Source: a virus (Duplodnaviria > Heunggongvirae > Uroviricota > Caudoviricetes). Taken from it: a stretch of 64,000 bases of DNA. The position numbers and the translations under genes were made by a program. Each line of letters starts with the position of its first letter. Position 1 is the stretch's first letter. Under the pieces are notes generated by a model. The model saw nothing but the letters and a program-made list of their open reading frames with translations. It searched no databases and had not been told where the DNA came from. Location of the stretch: the IMG/VR virus record IMGVR_UViG_3300037512_000782, positions 252,732 to 316,731 of that record; one strand, written 5' to 3'. Positions 44,087 through 52,516 of this stretch are shown here, piece after piece.

Positions 44087-44428
44087 ATGGCAAAGCAGAA
44101 AGCGTCCATCTTGGACTGGACGGCAAACAAGGAGTCCAAGGAGAAGTACCAGCTCAAGTTCCGTCTGGAGAACTTGCCTGGTGTTGGCACCATCGAAATG
44201 GTTGCTGGCGAATGCGTCGCCGACAGTCCGGTTACGGCTGGCAAGGCGATGGAAGCAAACTTGCAGCGCCGCGTCGGGACTGCCAAGTACAAGTATGTAG
44301 CCGAAGCGAAGATCGTTGACGAGAACGGCAAGGATAGGGCCTTCTTGCAGATCGACAAGAGCTACAACAAACAAACCAATGCCTACGTCACCACGCCCTC
44401 GTGGGGACACTGGCTAAATGTATTCTAA
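44087..44428 (+). CDS. hypothetical protein
   Basis: SD GAGGT. Confidence 0.75.
   Translation: MAKQKASILDWTANKESKEKYQLKFRLENLPGVGTIEMVAGECVADSPVTAGKAMEANLQRRVGTAKYKYVAEAKIVDENGKDRAFLQIDKSYNKQTNAYVTTPSWGHWLNVF
44258..44284 (+). promoter_or_regulatory. cassette element copy 45 (mid-ORF, uncertain)
   Basis: AACTTGCAGCGCCGCGTCGGGACTGCC; correct spacing but lacks the A/C-rich leader. Confidence 0.45.
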
Positions 44429-44882
44429 TATGATGAGTGCGCTAGACATATTTGAAGCATACAAAGGGCGCGACTTTGAATATGAGGTAGGAAAGCCTAG
44501 CATTATTCGAGGTGCCGCCCCTTGCATACGCCTTAGCATCAAAGTTGGTTTCCGTGTAATGAACTTCGTTACACAGACGAAAACACGTTCGATGTCGGCA
44601 ATGGTCGAGCGGTCACATAAGCCGAATGACTTATTTCGGATTGGTACGGATTTATACGTGAACGACTTCGTGTATGCGGAGACGGATCAGTTCAACGGCA
44701 TTACGTTCTCGTGCGTATATTTCCGTAAATGCTTAAACAATCCGGAGTTTCTTGTTAACGAAGTGGTTACTCAGATGAAACTGTTCATCAATAAATTAAC
44801 CAACGAGAAACCAGAGTCGAATGTCGGTCGCACTCTCAAGCATCCATTAGATTCATACTGGCTAAAAGGGTTGCTTGCGTAA
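44418..44882 (+). CDS. hypothetical protein
   Basis: Overlaps upstream stop; more AT-rich codons. Confidence 0.65.
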   Translation: MYSNMMSALDIFEAYKGRDFEYEVGKPSIIRGAAPCIRLSIKVGFRVMNFVTQTKTRSMSAMVERSHKPNDLFRIGTDLYVNDFVYAETDQFNGITFSCVYFRKCLNNPEFLVNEVVTQMKLFINKLTNEKPESNVGRTLKHPLDSYWLKGLLA

Positions 44883-44930
44883 ACATCTATTGAAGCCAGT
44901 ATCAAGGAAATTAAAAGGAATTTATTTGAA

Positions 44931-45689
44931 ATGAAAAACGTTATCTACATCGCCGATATCGACCAAGATATCGACGACCTCCTCACCATCAGATACATGG
45001 CAGAGCGAAGCGTATTCCTCAAGGGAGTCGTTCTCGATCCGATGCCGACAAGCGACGTCGGCAAGGCCCGTGTGAAACTGATCGAGTCTTGGGGAGTCAA
45101 GGTGTTCGACAGCATCCCGGAAGATGCCGAACCGAAAAGTCCGATGGGCGTCGCCGAACCGACGGAAATCGTCTATTGCGGCGGTGCGCTCACCAAGGTC
45201 GCCGAATACGTCAAGGATCACAAGCTCCAGCAGCTCGTGATGAACGGCGGATTCGTCGGCGAACCGATCGTGCCCTCGAACAAGGCGCTTCCGAAATTCC
45301 GTGGGAAGTCCGCCGTCCGTACTTTCAACTTCAACTGCGATGTCGCGGCTGCAGACGCCGTTCTGAAGTCAGACAACATCGAACAGATCATCCTCGTAGG
45401 CAAAAACGTCTGTCACGATGACAGAAACACCTTCGAGGTCATCTGGAAGGACGAGAAGTACCTCACCGAAGGACTTCCGGTCAGACCGGGAAAGAAGCTG
45501 CACGACTTGCTTGCGGTATATGAAGGACTTGTGTTCTACGGACTCAGTGGATACAAGGACAACCATGTGCTCGTGTACAAGGAAGTGTACCCCTTCAACA
45601 ACGGACTGAAGGGCAACATGACCGAGTGGGGCAGCTCACTCGAACCTACTGGCTACAAGAAAGTCCTTGCCGCCGTGGGTTGGGTCTAG
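44931..45689 (+). CDS. inosine/uridine-preferring nucleoside hydrolase-like protein
   Basis: N-terminal DIDQDIDD Ca-binding motif; NFNCDVAAADAVL; HDLLAV. Confidence 0.7.
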   Translation: MKNVIYIADIDQDIDDLLTIRYMAERSVFLKGVVLDPMPTSDVGKARVKLIESWGVKVFDSIPEDAEPKSPMGVAEPTEIVYCGGALTKVAEYVKDHKLQQLVMNGGFVGEPIVPSNKALPKFRGKSAVRTFNFNCDVAAADAVLKSDNIEQIILVGKNVCHDDRNTFEVIWKDEKYLTEGLPVRPGKKLHDLLAVYEGLVFYGLSGYKDNHVLVYKEVYPFNNGLKGNMTEWGSSLEPTGYKKVLAAVGWV

Positions 45690-45710
45690 CATAATTAACT
45701 GGAGAGCATT

Positions 45711-46796
45711 ATGTCTACTGAAAAATCTGAAAATGGTGCTGGCCTCATATCGTTCGACAAATGTATGGACATCTTCAAGAGCGGCGGCGACTGCCAGATG
45801 CTGTTTGATGGGAAATGGATACCTTTCGAGCCAGCTGCAGTAATCCGCAAGTTCCGCCTAGCACCTCAGTTGTCCAAGAAGGACGGCCCCAGAGTTGTAC
45901 GGTATGCGTTGTATCGTCTATCACAGATCATGTGCGAATACTGCCAGAATTTGGCTTTCGGTCTTCCAGAAAAAGGCCCTAAGCCCAACTGGAAGCATAC
46001 CTATCCGGTCAATTGGAAGGAGAACCAGCCGAGGCTATTTGGGCGACTGAAAGACATCTTCAAGACGTATTTCCGTATAGTCTCTGCGCCGTACAAGAAT
46101 GAACATGTCGTCGGGAACGGTGTAGTCGGCGTTCCGCACTACATCATTCAACGTCGGTGCATTGACTCTGATCAGTGGGTTTCTGTATTCGCTGTTCGAT
46201 ACATGACGTACAACGGATACGACAAGTACGAATCTCGTTCGTGCGCATCTTGGGAAGGCGAACATACGACGGACTGGGGAATCGTGCTGATGTCCGACTT
46301 GGCTGGCAAATACATCCAAGAAGACCGATGCAACGGACATATTGACACGTCTCGCTATTTGAGGGCCGAAAGTACAGACCACTTCAATCGAGGTAAGACC
46401 GTTATCGTAAGGCAGCAGCGCATATTCACGCTCGACCCTACGAGTAAGCCCGGTGACGAAGTGCTGCACAACATTGCATTGGTGCTGTCACACTATCTGG
46501 AACAGCTTTCCTCGCTTGACATCCGCTTTCCGAACTTCAAGAGCTTCATCGACAAGCAGCTTGCCGACATGATGGATTCGTCCTATACGATCTACAACGG
46601 CGAAAAATGCACTCACGTCACGATGAAGGAATCTGTATTCGATGCGGTCAAAGAATACATGGAAGCAGTCATTGGTAAACTCAAGCATGGCGATTATTAC
46701 CAAGACTATGTCTTTACCAAGGCGATAATGCTCCGCTACTTCAACGACAAGTACAACGACACGATCGACCGAGTCGATTATAGTTCGTCGTTCTAA
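45711..46796 (+). CDS. hypothetical protein (361 aa)
   Basis: SD GGAG; long ORF. Confidence 0.75.
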   Translation: MSTEKSENGAGLISFDKCMDIFKSGGDCQMLFDGKWIPFEPAAVIRKFRLAPQLSKKDGPRVVRYALYRLSQIMCEYCQNLAFGLPEKGPKPNWKHTYPVNWKENQPRLFGRLKDIFKTYFRIVSAPYKNEHVVGNGVVGVPHYIIQRRCIDSDQWVSVFAVRYMTYNGYDKYESRSCASWEGEHTTDWGIVLMSDLAGKYIQEDRCNGHIDTSRYLRAESTDHFNRGKTVIVRQQRIFTLDPTSKPGDEVLHNIALVLSHYLEQLSSLDIRFPNFKSFIDKQLADMMDSSYTIYNGEKCTHVTMKESVFDAVKEYMEAVIGKLKHGDYYQDYVFTKAIMLRYFNDKYNDTIDRVDYSSSF

Positions 46797-47476
46797 ATCT
46801 TGGATCCGGATCTGGCCAGGAAGTGCATCTCGACCTTCGTCGCGACGTAGTTTCTAAGGCCCCTAGAGCGTATCCAGTAGCCGAAAATATGTTCGGCAAG
46901 GTATCCGTCGATGCGGCGGTTAGAATCGCTCAGACCACGGTATTTGTCGAAAGCAGCCAACTTAGGGAACAGCCATTCGCAATACTCGTCCACCACGGCC
47001 TTCGTGGAGACGAACATGTTGCACTGGACTAGTTCCCTTTCTTGCGTATAGTCGGCGAACCTGTCGCCGAGTCCGTTGAACTTGCTGTTCATTATTTCGA
47101 TGAACGCATTGAATTCGTCGGCTGGGCCAGCCTTCTGGAACCAGTCGTAGCCAGAGCTGAACCCGGTGACCTTGGGATGGTGTCGGAATCGGCAAGTGAT
47201 GATGTCGTTATCCTTGAGGATAGTCTCGACTTCCTCCTTGCTCATTCGCTGCTTGTTCTTCTTCGGCGAGGCGAAGAAGCGTCTGTAGTGTTCCAGACCT
47301 ACATACTTCGATGTGGCGTTCTTCCAGAGGTAGAACAAGCCAGTGAGTTCACAGTACCAAGGGTTCAATAGGTCAATGTTCGCGCCGTCGTGCGGTGCGT
47401 CGACGATAAATTTCTCGCGGATATCGTCGCATTCAAGAAAGAGGTTCTTCGAGGAACCGACAACGTAAATACTCAT
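46793..47476 (-). CDS. DUF4422 (glycosyltransferase-associated) protein
   Basis: NIDLLNPWYCELTGLFYLWKN..YVGLEHYRRFF..CNMFV..GYLAEH. Confidence 0.8.
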   Translation of the reverse strand: MSIYVVGSSKNLFLECDDIREKFIVDAPHDGANIDLLNPWYCELTGLFYLWKNATSKYVGLEHYRRFFASPKKNKQRMSKEEVETILKDNDIITCRFRHHPKVTGFSSGYDWFQKAGPADEFNAFIEIMNSKFNGLGDRFADYTQERELVQCNMFVSTKAVVDEYCEWLFPKLAAFDKYRGLSDSNRRIDGYLAEHIFGYWIRSRGLRNYVATKVEMHFLARSGSKI

Positions 47477-47558
47477 GCGGTATAAATTAGGTTAATTCCA
47501 TTTTGAATACCAGTTTAGCTAACCTATAAACTGCGTATATCGTATAAGGGATTTGACC

Positions 47559-48296
47559 ATGAACCAACTATTCATCGACAAGCTGCACGAGAGCATGAAC
47601 GACAAGAACAAGAACCTCTTGGAAGCAGTTGAACTACTCTACCGCACTTGCGAACAGAAGGCCCAGCTGGAAAGCAAGTTCGGCAAGGCAGCCGCCATTG
47701 GCGGAATTGCCGCCGGATCGTACTTGACTGGCCTTGGAACTGGCGTAGCCAATGCCGACAAGATCAACGGCGCGATCGACGCTGGCAAGCAGACGGTGCA
47801 GCAGATGAAGGATGACGCCAATCAGTACGTCAAGGACGAGAATACCGTGGCGACCGTAAAGAACCGTTCCTACGACGGTCTGGCGCTCAAGAACAAGGGC
47901 TACAAGTTCGTAAGCGCCGATCAGAAGCCGGAACTCTTCAAGAAGACCGACAGCGGCGTACCGTCGTTCAACGGAATCGCCGTGAGCGACCTCGACAAGC
48001 AGCCGTATGTGCAAGCCGGATGGTACGTCTCCCCAGACGGCACGAAGTATTACTCCACCATCACTGGCGACGTGTATAAGATGCCGGACGGCCAGACCTT
48101 CGATAACGCCACATCCGATAACCCAGGCAACCGCGTAGGCCCAGGCGTCCTCATGACTGGCGACGTGACCGACGACGATATCGAGAAGTGCTCACTCTCC
48201 ATGGCTGGCAAGTATGGCCCAGACAAGGATTGCGGCCCCGCTGGCTACGTTCTGCACGACGACAAGTATCTCGACTGGGTTGGTGCCGAAAAGTAA
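47559..48296 (+). CDS. hypothetical protein with LxE/ES N-terminus and Gly-Ala hydrophobic segment
   Basis: KLHES, LLEA, QLES then KAAAIGGIAAG. Confidence 0.75.
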   Translation: MNQLFIDKLHESMNDKNKNLLEAVELLYRTCEQKAQLESKFGKAAAIGGIAAGSYLTGLGTGVANADKINGAIDAGKQTVQQMKDDANQYVKDENTVATVKNRSYDGLALKNKGYKFVSADQKPELFKKTDSGVPSFNGIAVSDLDKQPYVQAGWYVSPDGTKYYSTITGDVYKMPDGQTFDNATSDNPGNRVGPGVLMTGDVTDDDIEKCSLSMAGKYGPDKDCGPAGYVLHDDKYLDWVGAEK

Positions 48297-48316
48297 TTCA
48301 ATCCATCAATAAGAAT

Positions 48317-48344
48317 AGCCACCTAGAAGAACTAGGTGGCTTTC
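48317..48344. terminator. probable bidirectional terminator at convergent junction
   Basis: AGCCACCTAG-AAGAA-CTAGGTGGCT. Confidence 0.75.
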
Positions 48345-48361
48345 TTCGTTTGTGCTATCTC

Positions 48362-48442
48362 CTACACAAACTTGACCAGCAAAACCACGAGGGCGATGAT
48401 GCTGGCCACTATGGCAACATCCGTGTAATCATCGAGCTTCAT
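48362..48442 (-). CDS. 26-aa membrane peptide (not in track)
   Basis: MKLDDYTDVAIVASIIALVVLLVKFV*; overlaps upstream stop. Confidence 0.4.
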   Translation of the reverse strand: MKLDDYTDVAIVASIIALVVLLVKFV

Positions 48443-48923
48443 TGGACGCCTTTATCCTTTGTGCTAGCACGTCGATCATGCGGTTTCTCACGTTCTCCAG
48501 AGCGAACCGAGATACGCTGGTCTCGTACGGAGCAAGAATGCCGTCGATGTCCTTGATACACCGAGCGCGGTCAAGTTCTGGCGAGAAGATTCCGCAGTTG
48601 AACATGTCGATGAGCGACGGGTTCTCCATCGACTTGTACGTAATCTCGCGCTGGTTCTTTAGGATCCAGTCCCAAGCGCCTTGAGGAAGCCAACCGTTGA
48701 CATTGGCTGGGTCGAGTTCGGTAACGAGCATGAGCTGGTGCGACTCGTCGGAATTGCGTACCCACGGCACTAGACGGTCTGTTATTTCCTTTACGCTCAT
48801 GTCGGACACGACGACCCAGTTGCACTCCATGTAGTGCATCCACTTATCGAAGGAATCCTTGATGAACCTTTCCAGTCGGTTGTCTTCCGGCTTGTTAAGC
48901 GAAATAAGATAAAACTTGCTCAT
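48429..48923 (-). CDS. protein with Cas2/VapD-like (SinR-annotated family) N-domain
   Basis: YLISL..WMHYMECNWVVVSD.S..EITDRL..LVTEL..NGWLP..WDWI. Confidence 0.5.
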   Translation of the reverse strand: MSKFYLISLNKPEDNRLERFIKDSFDKWMHYMECNWVVVSDMSVKEITDRLVPWVRNSDESHQLMLVTELDPANVNGWLPQGAWDWILKNQREITYKSMENPSLIDMFNCGIFSPELDRARCIKDIDGILAPYETSVSRFALENVRNRMIDVLAQRIKASNEAR

Positions 48924-48929
48924 ACTCTA

Positions 48930-48958
48930 AATATAGCATAACTATGCGTATGTGTCAA
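48930..48958 (-). promoter_or_regulatory. sigma70-type promoter
   Basis: TTGACA-N17-TATATT on the - strand, just before ATG 48923. Confidence 0.8.
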
Positions 48959-49051
48959 ATGACAGTTCCGCCGGGGCCGTAGAAATTTTGACCAGACCGT
49001 TCCTTTCGGTCTTCTCTCTCGTTGAAGCATAGCCAGCTTCGCTTCATGCGC

Positions 49052-49273
49052 CTAGCCAATTTCCGAATCCACCTTATCATTGTCGATAGTAACCTTCAAG
49101 CTAAAGTTAGAAGATTTCACCTTCGGCACGATCCGTGCATATATGTGTATGCTGCCTCGGTCGAACTCGAAATGGTCGAGAACGACATCGACATCAGATA
49201 CGCCTGGGTTTGCCGCCAGATAAGCGATCTTTGCTCGGCTCAGCTGATCGTCGATATAGTTATTGGATGCCAT
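49052..49273 (-). CDS. hypothetical protein
   Basis: SD GAGGT; follows the phosphoesterase gene. Confidence 0.6.
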   Translation of the reverse strand: MASNNYIDDQLSRAKIAYLAANPGVSDVDVVLDHFEFDRGSIHIYARIVPKVKSSNFSLKVTIDNDKVDSEIG

Positions 49274-49281
49274 ATAACCTC

Positions 49282-50208
49282 TTAAAGCTCGATGATGAAG
49301 TCGTTGTCGCTGCCGTCAACGGAGCCGCGTTCCAGCTTGTCTCCAGTGTAGTCGAGCAGTTCGATGTACCTAGAGCGTTCGCCGGGATAGCCAAGGGGAT
49401 TGCACCAGATGTGGATTCGGTTTCCCTTAGAGTTGACGTATTCGGCCTTCCTACGGCCATGTACGTGACCGCAGAACCAGTAGGAATCGTCCGGCATCTC
49501 TTCGAGATACTTTTCGGCGTCGAAGTAGAAGACGTAGTTCCACGGATCGTTGCGGAAGTCGAACGACACGCCAAGCTGGTACGGCACGAAATGTGTCATG
49601 ATGGCCTTCGGATGCGCTTGGACAATATTCATCATCTTCTTGTCGTAGTGGTTCCAGATGGCGGCTGGTTCTTGGCTGAAATATCTCCAATGATGTCCGT
49701 CGAACCAGTTCCTACGCCAAGCGGTGAACGCATCCAGACCATAAGACGGGGCTTCGCACTTGAAGTCGCACATGCCCATGCATCCGCCGAAGTTTTCGCG
49801 GATATGCATGAGAGGGCCGTCTTCGCCGTCGAGAAGGAATACGTTGTCATAAGAGCGACAGAAGTCCTTCATACGGGCGATCTTCTGTTCAGTCGAAGCG
49901 AACGGAAGATTGGCCTTGGACGGCGTACTGCCGCGCACGACGAGGTCGTGGTTGCCAAGAACCATGACAACTCGTTTGTACTTGTTGCTAAGCCACGGAA
50001 CGATACGGGTGAACGTCAAGTAATCGTTGGAGTAGTCTCCAGCGAGGAATATGCCTTCAGTCTCTGGGATCGCGTAGTACTTCCAGAGATATTCGAGGGT
50101 TTCGATGGTGACGGATTCTTCCGGATCGTCCACACGCGCCCTCACCTTGCCGACGGCGTCTTCAAAGTGAGTGTCGACGTGTATGTCGCTTAACAGCAAG
50201 TATTTCAT
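49282..50208 (-). CDS. calcineurin-like metallophosphoesterase
   Basis: SDIH, AGDYSN, GNHD, THFVP, CGHVH; start moved to 50208. Confidence 0.9.
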   Translation of the reverse strand: MKYLLLSDIHVDTHFEDAVGKVRARVDDPEESVTIETLEYLWKYYAIPETEGIFLAGDYSNDYLTFTRIVPWLSNKYKRVVMVLGNHDLVVRGSTPSKANLPFASTEQKIARMKDFCRSYDNVFLLDGEDGPLMHIRENFGGCMGMCDFKCEAPSYGLDAFTAWRRNWFDGHHWRYFSQEPAAIWNHYDKKMMNIVQAHPKAIMTHFVPYQLGVSFDFRNDPWNYVFYFDAEKYLEEMPDDSYWFCGHVHGRRKAEYVNSKGNRIHIWCNPLGYPGERSRYIELLDYTGDKLERGSVDGSDNDFIIEL

Positions 50209-50666
50209 TGGGTAATTTCCTTGATTATCTTGTTCGTAGCTTCGATTTGTCTGAGCGTGACCTTCTTGAGCGCTTCGGCCACGTAGTTCGCATCGACGAC
50301 CTTGTAGCGGTTGGTGTAGAAGTTTTCTTGGCACTTGTATGTCTTCCACAAGAATCCGCTTGAATCCGTACTAAGAACCTCGGCGCAGCGAGACGGCGTG
50401 ATGTGTACGCAGTCCACATCAGACGACATCGGCGTCACATGTACAACCTTCTCGATTAGCATATAGGACGGGTTGTCATCGTTCTTGTAGTTACGATACA
50501 TTTGTTCGTCCTTTTCTTCGTCAAGATCCCAAGGGATGTTGCTGATTTCCACCCATTTGCCGACAAGGCCGCTATACTTCTGCATGGCGGTTTCTTCCTT
50601 TGCCTTGAAGTAGGCGTCACGCGCATTTTCATAATCGGCTTCCAGTTCTTCAAGTGTCTTGCTCAT
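50205..50666 (-). CDS. hypothetical protein
   Basis: Coupled; SD AAGGA. Confidence 0.75.
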   Translation of the reverse strand: MSKTLEELEADYENARDAYFKAKEETAMQKYSGLVGKWVEISNIPWDLDEEKDEQMYRNYKNDDNPSYMLIEKVVHVTPMSSDVDCVHITPSRCAEVLSTDSSGFLWKTYKCQENFYTNRYKVVDANYVAEALKKVTLRQIEATNKIIKEITQ

Positions 50667-50986
50667 TTTTTATTCCTTTTCCTTAACTCTCTAAGTTCGG
50701 CGGCTTTGGCCTTGATGACATTCCAACGATGATGAGCCGCGTCCAGACCGCCTTCGAAATACTGGTCGATTACTTCTGTCGGTATGTAGCGCATCGTGTA
50801 TTTCGACTCAATTCCGTGCGGCCACAGCTCAAAAAAGATGTATCGGTCGTAGGATGGCATACGCATCTTTACATGGATCTCGTAGTCTTTCGGCTCGATT
50901 CTCAGAATGTCGTATGCCGCCGAGTTCAGCTTATTGCAAAGCTCGTCATGCCGTCGGTTGACGTCGGCTATTTCGTACTCCACCAT
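50663..50986 (-). CDS. hypothetical protein
   Basis: Start moved to MVEYE at 50986. Confidence 0.65.
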   Translation of the reverse strand: MVEYEIADVNRRHDELCNKLNSAAYDILRIEPKDYEIHVKMRMPSYDRYIFFELWPHGIESKYTMRYIPTEVIDQYFEGGLDAAHHRWNVIKAKAAELRELRKRNKK

Positions 50987-51534
50987 GACTTTACTGGCCC
51001 TCCAATCGGTTTGACGCTTACAAGCTTGTCTGCAAGCAGAGTAGGCTCGCATGTACGGATAATCGGTAGGCTGACATCAAACTTACCGATATCCTGATTC
51101 TTGAGTTGTTCTTGGCGTTGCTTGTCACGGCGTTCTTTTTCGGCCAGCCATGCGTCCCAGATTTCCTTGTCGTGGAAGAATACCAGCTTACCGTCAACGA
51201 CCTCGCAGCGTTCGCTATTCGGGTTGATGTCGAATGCATTGAAATACTTTACGAAGACTGGAATGTCGCATTCTTCGGACGCCAAGCCATCCTTGAACAT
51301 GACGATCTGTTCCAGCGTACCCGGCTGAGCCTTCTGGCGAGTAATTGTCTTGCCAGTTCCCAGCGGCATGACGGTTTCCATCTCGTCGCAAGGGATGATC
51401 ATCTTGTAGAAGCCGACGCCGAAGGCGTGGATGTAATTGCATCCAGCCTCGATCAGATTACCGTCGAAGTCGCGGTAATACAGCGGCAAGTCGCCGTGCT
51501 GCTTGTAGATTCGTACAAGTTCACCAAGTTCCAT
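50968..51534 (-). CDS. hypothetical protein
   Basis: SD GGAAGG. Confidence 0.7.
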   Translation of the reverse strand: MELGELVRIYKQHGDLPLYYRDFDGNLIEAGCNYIHAFGVGFYKMIIPCDEMETVMPLGTGKTITRQKAQPGTLEQIVMFKDGLASEECDIPVFVKYFNAFDINPNSERCEVVDGKLVFFHDKEIWDAWLAEKERRDKQRQEQLKNQDIGKFDVSLPIIRTCEPTLLADKLVSVKPIGGPVKSWWSTK

Positions 51535-51536
51535 GA

Positions 51537-51881
51537 CTAGCCTTCCTTCGCTCGCTTGTCGAGATAGTTATGCAACCAGTCGCGCTGTGTTTTCATGCGC
51601 TCCATGGCCTCGTCCTTTTTGCCGTTGTAGTAGTCGTTGATAGCGCTACACGGAATGTGCATCCATTCGTTTGCGCGACCAGTCTTCGTGCGGAACGACA
51701 TGGACATAGTCAAGTCGTCGCCGATGACATCGGTAAAGACGTTGAACTCGAACTTGGCGTCGTCATCGCTGATCTGCAGCAAGTCATTGACCGCAACGAG
51801 AACGATGCTTTCAAGCATGATACGGCGGTCACGGAGTTCCTGGATCTTCAGGTAGAGGTTGAGTGGGTGCGTTTCGGACAT
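51537..51881 (-). CDS. hypothetical protein
   Basis: TAATG coupling. Confidence 0.7.
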   Translation of the reverse strand: MSETHPLNLYLKIQELRDRRIMLESIVLVAVNDLLQISDDDAKFEFNVFTDVIGDDLTMSMSFRTKTGRANEWMHIPCSAINDYYNGKKDEAMERMKTQRDWLHNYLDKRAKEG

Positions 51882-52153
51882 TAGGTATCCTCTTCGTAGG
51901 TCTTGAGGAAGATGTTCGGCTTGCAGAAGTAGAATTCGCCTTCCACGCCACGGATAACGTAATCGCCGACGGTAGCGACGTGCTCGGCCTTCACTTCTTC
52001 GTCGCCGTCTTCGAGTGTTCCGATGATGAGCTTGCCGGACTTCAAGTGGGCATTGTCGCCAGCGAATGCCTTGACGGCGTCAAAGTTGTCACCAGTCCAG
52101 ATAATGGCCATGACGGAAACGGGTTTCTTGCGGAAAGATTTCGGCTGATTCAT
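51881..52153 (-). CDS. conserved phage protein (RKKPV...GDY..GEFY.CKP.IF..TYE family)
   Basis: FRKKPVSVMAIIWTG..VGDYVIRGVEGEFYFCKPNIFLKTYE. Confidence 0.8.
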   Translation of the reverse strand: MNQPKSFRKKPVSVMAIIWTGDNFDAVKAFAGDNAHLKSGKLIIGTLEDGDEEVKAEHVATVGDYVIRGVEGEFYFCKPNIFLKTYEEDT

Positions 52154-52163
52154 GATAGCTCCT

Positions 52164-52514
52164 TTAGGTTAAGTTCCAAATGTTGTCGTTCAAAATTTTC
52201 TGGTCTTCCGGATCCAGCGGCTTGGACTCGGCGATCATTTTTGCGGCCATGTTGGCGGCGGCTTCGGCAAGCTCAGCGTCCGTGACGTGCTGGCGAGGCC
52301 ATTCGCGGATGTGGCCATCCTCGTACTTGGTCTTGTAGATTTCTACGTCCCAAAGACCCTTATCCGTCTTCCAGTAGTGTGCCCAGTTTTCGACATAGTC
52401 CCCGATGTGGAGACTGGGGAATACCTTGGACACCCAATGGATCGGATGGTCGAATTCGTCGAGCTCCGGCTTCATGTTCGGGTCGACTGCTTTAGTTTGT
52501 TTGATATCTGCCAT
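52164..52514 (-). CDS. hypothetical protein
   Basis: SD AGGT. Confidence 0.7.
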   Translation of the reverse strand: MADIKQTKAVDPNMKPELDEFDHPIHWVSKVFPSLHIGDYVENWAHYWKTDKGLWDVEIYKTKYEDGHIREWPRQHVTDAELAEAAANMAAKMIAESKPLDPEDQKILNDNIWNLT

Positions 52515-52516
52515 AA

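Larger units (their letters stand above)
11..44284 (+). repeat. Dispersed family of 45 copies of a 27-bp intergenic element, RA(C/A)TG-N12-CGGG(A/G)CTGC(C/T), defining gene cassettes
   Basis: Read directly; the fixed 12-nt gap is kept in 44 of 45 copies; all on the + strand; none found on either strand beyond 44.3 kb. Individual copies listed below. Confidence 0.95.

Noticed and set aside
11-44284. The repeats as a CRISPR array
   Set aside because: Intervals are 0.3-3.4 kb and contain whole genes; the repeat has a variable 12-nt centre; no cas operon in the window.
11-44284. The repeats as canonical integron attC sites
   Set aside because: No RYYYAAC/GTTRRRY boxes, no consistent extrahelical-base stem, and no integrase in the window; only an analogy is kept.
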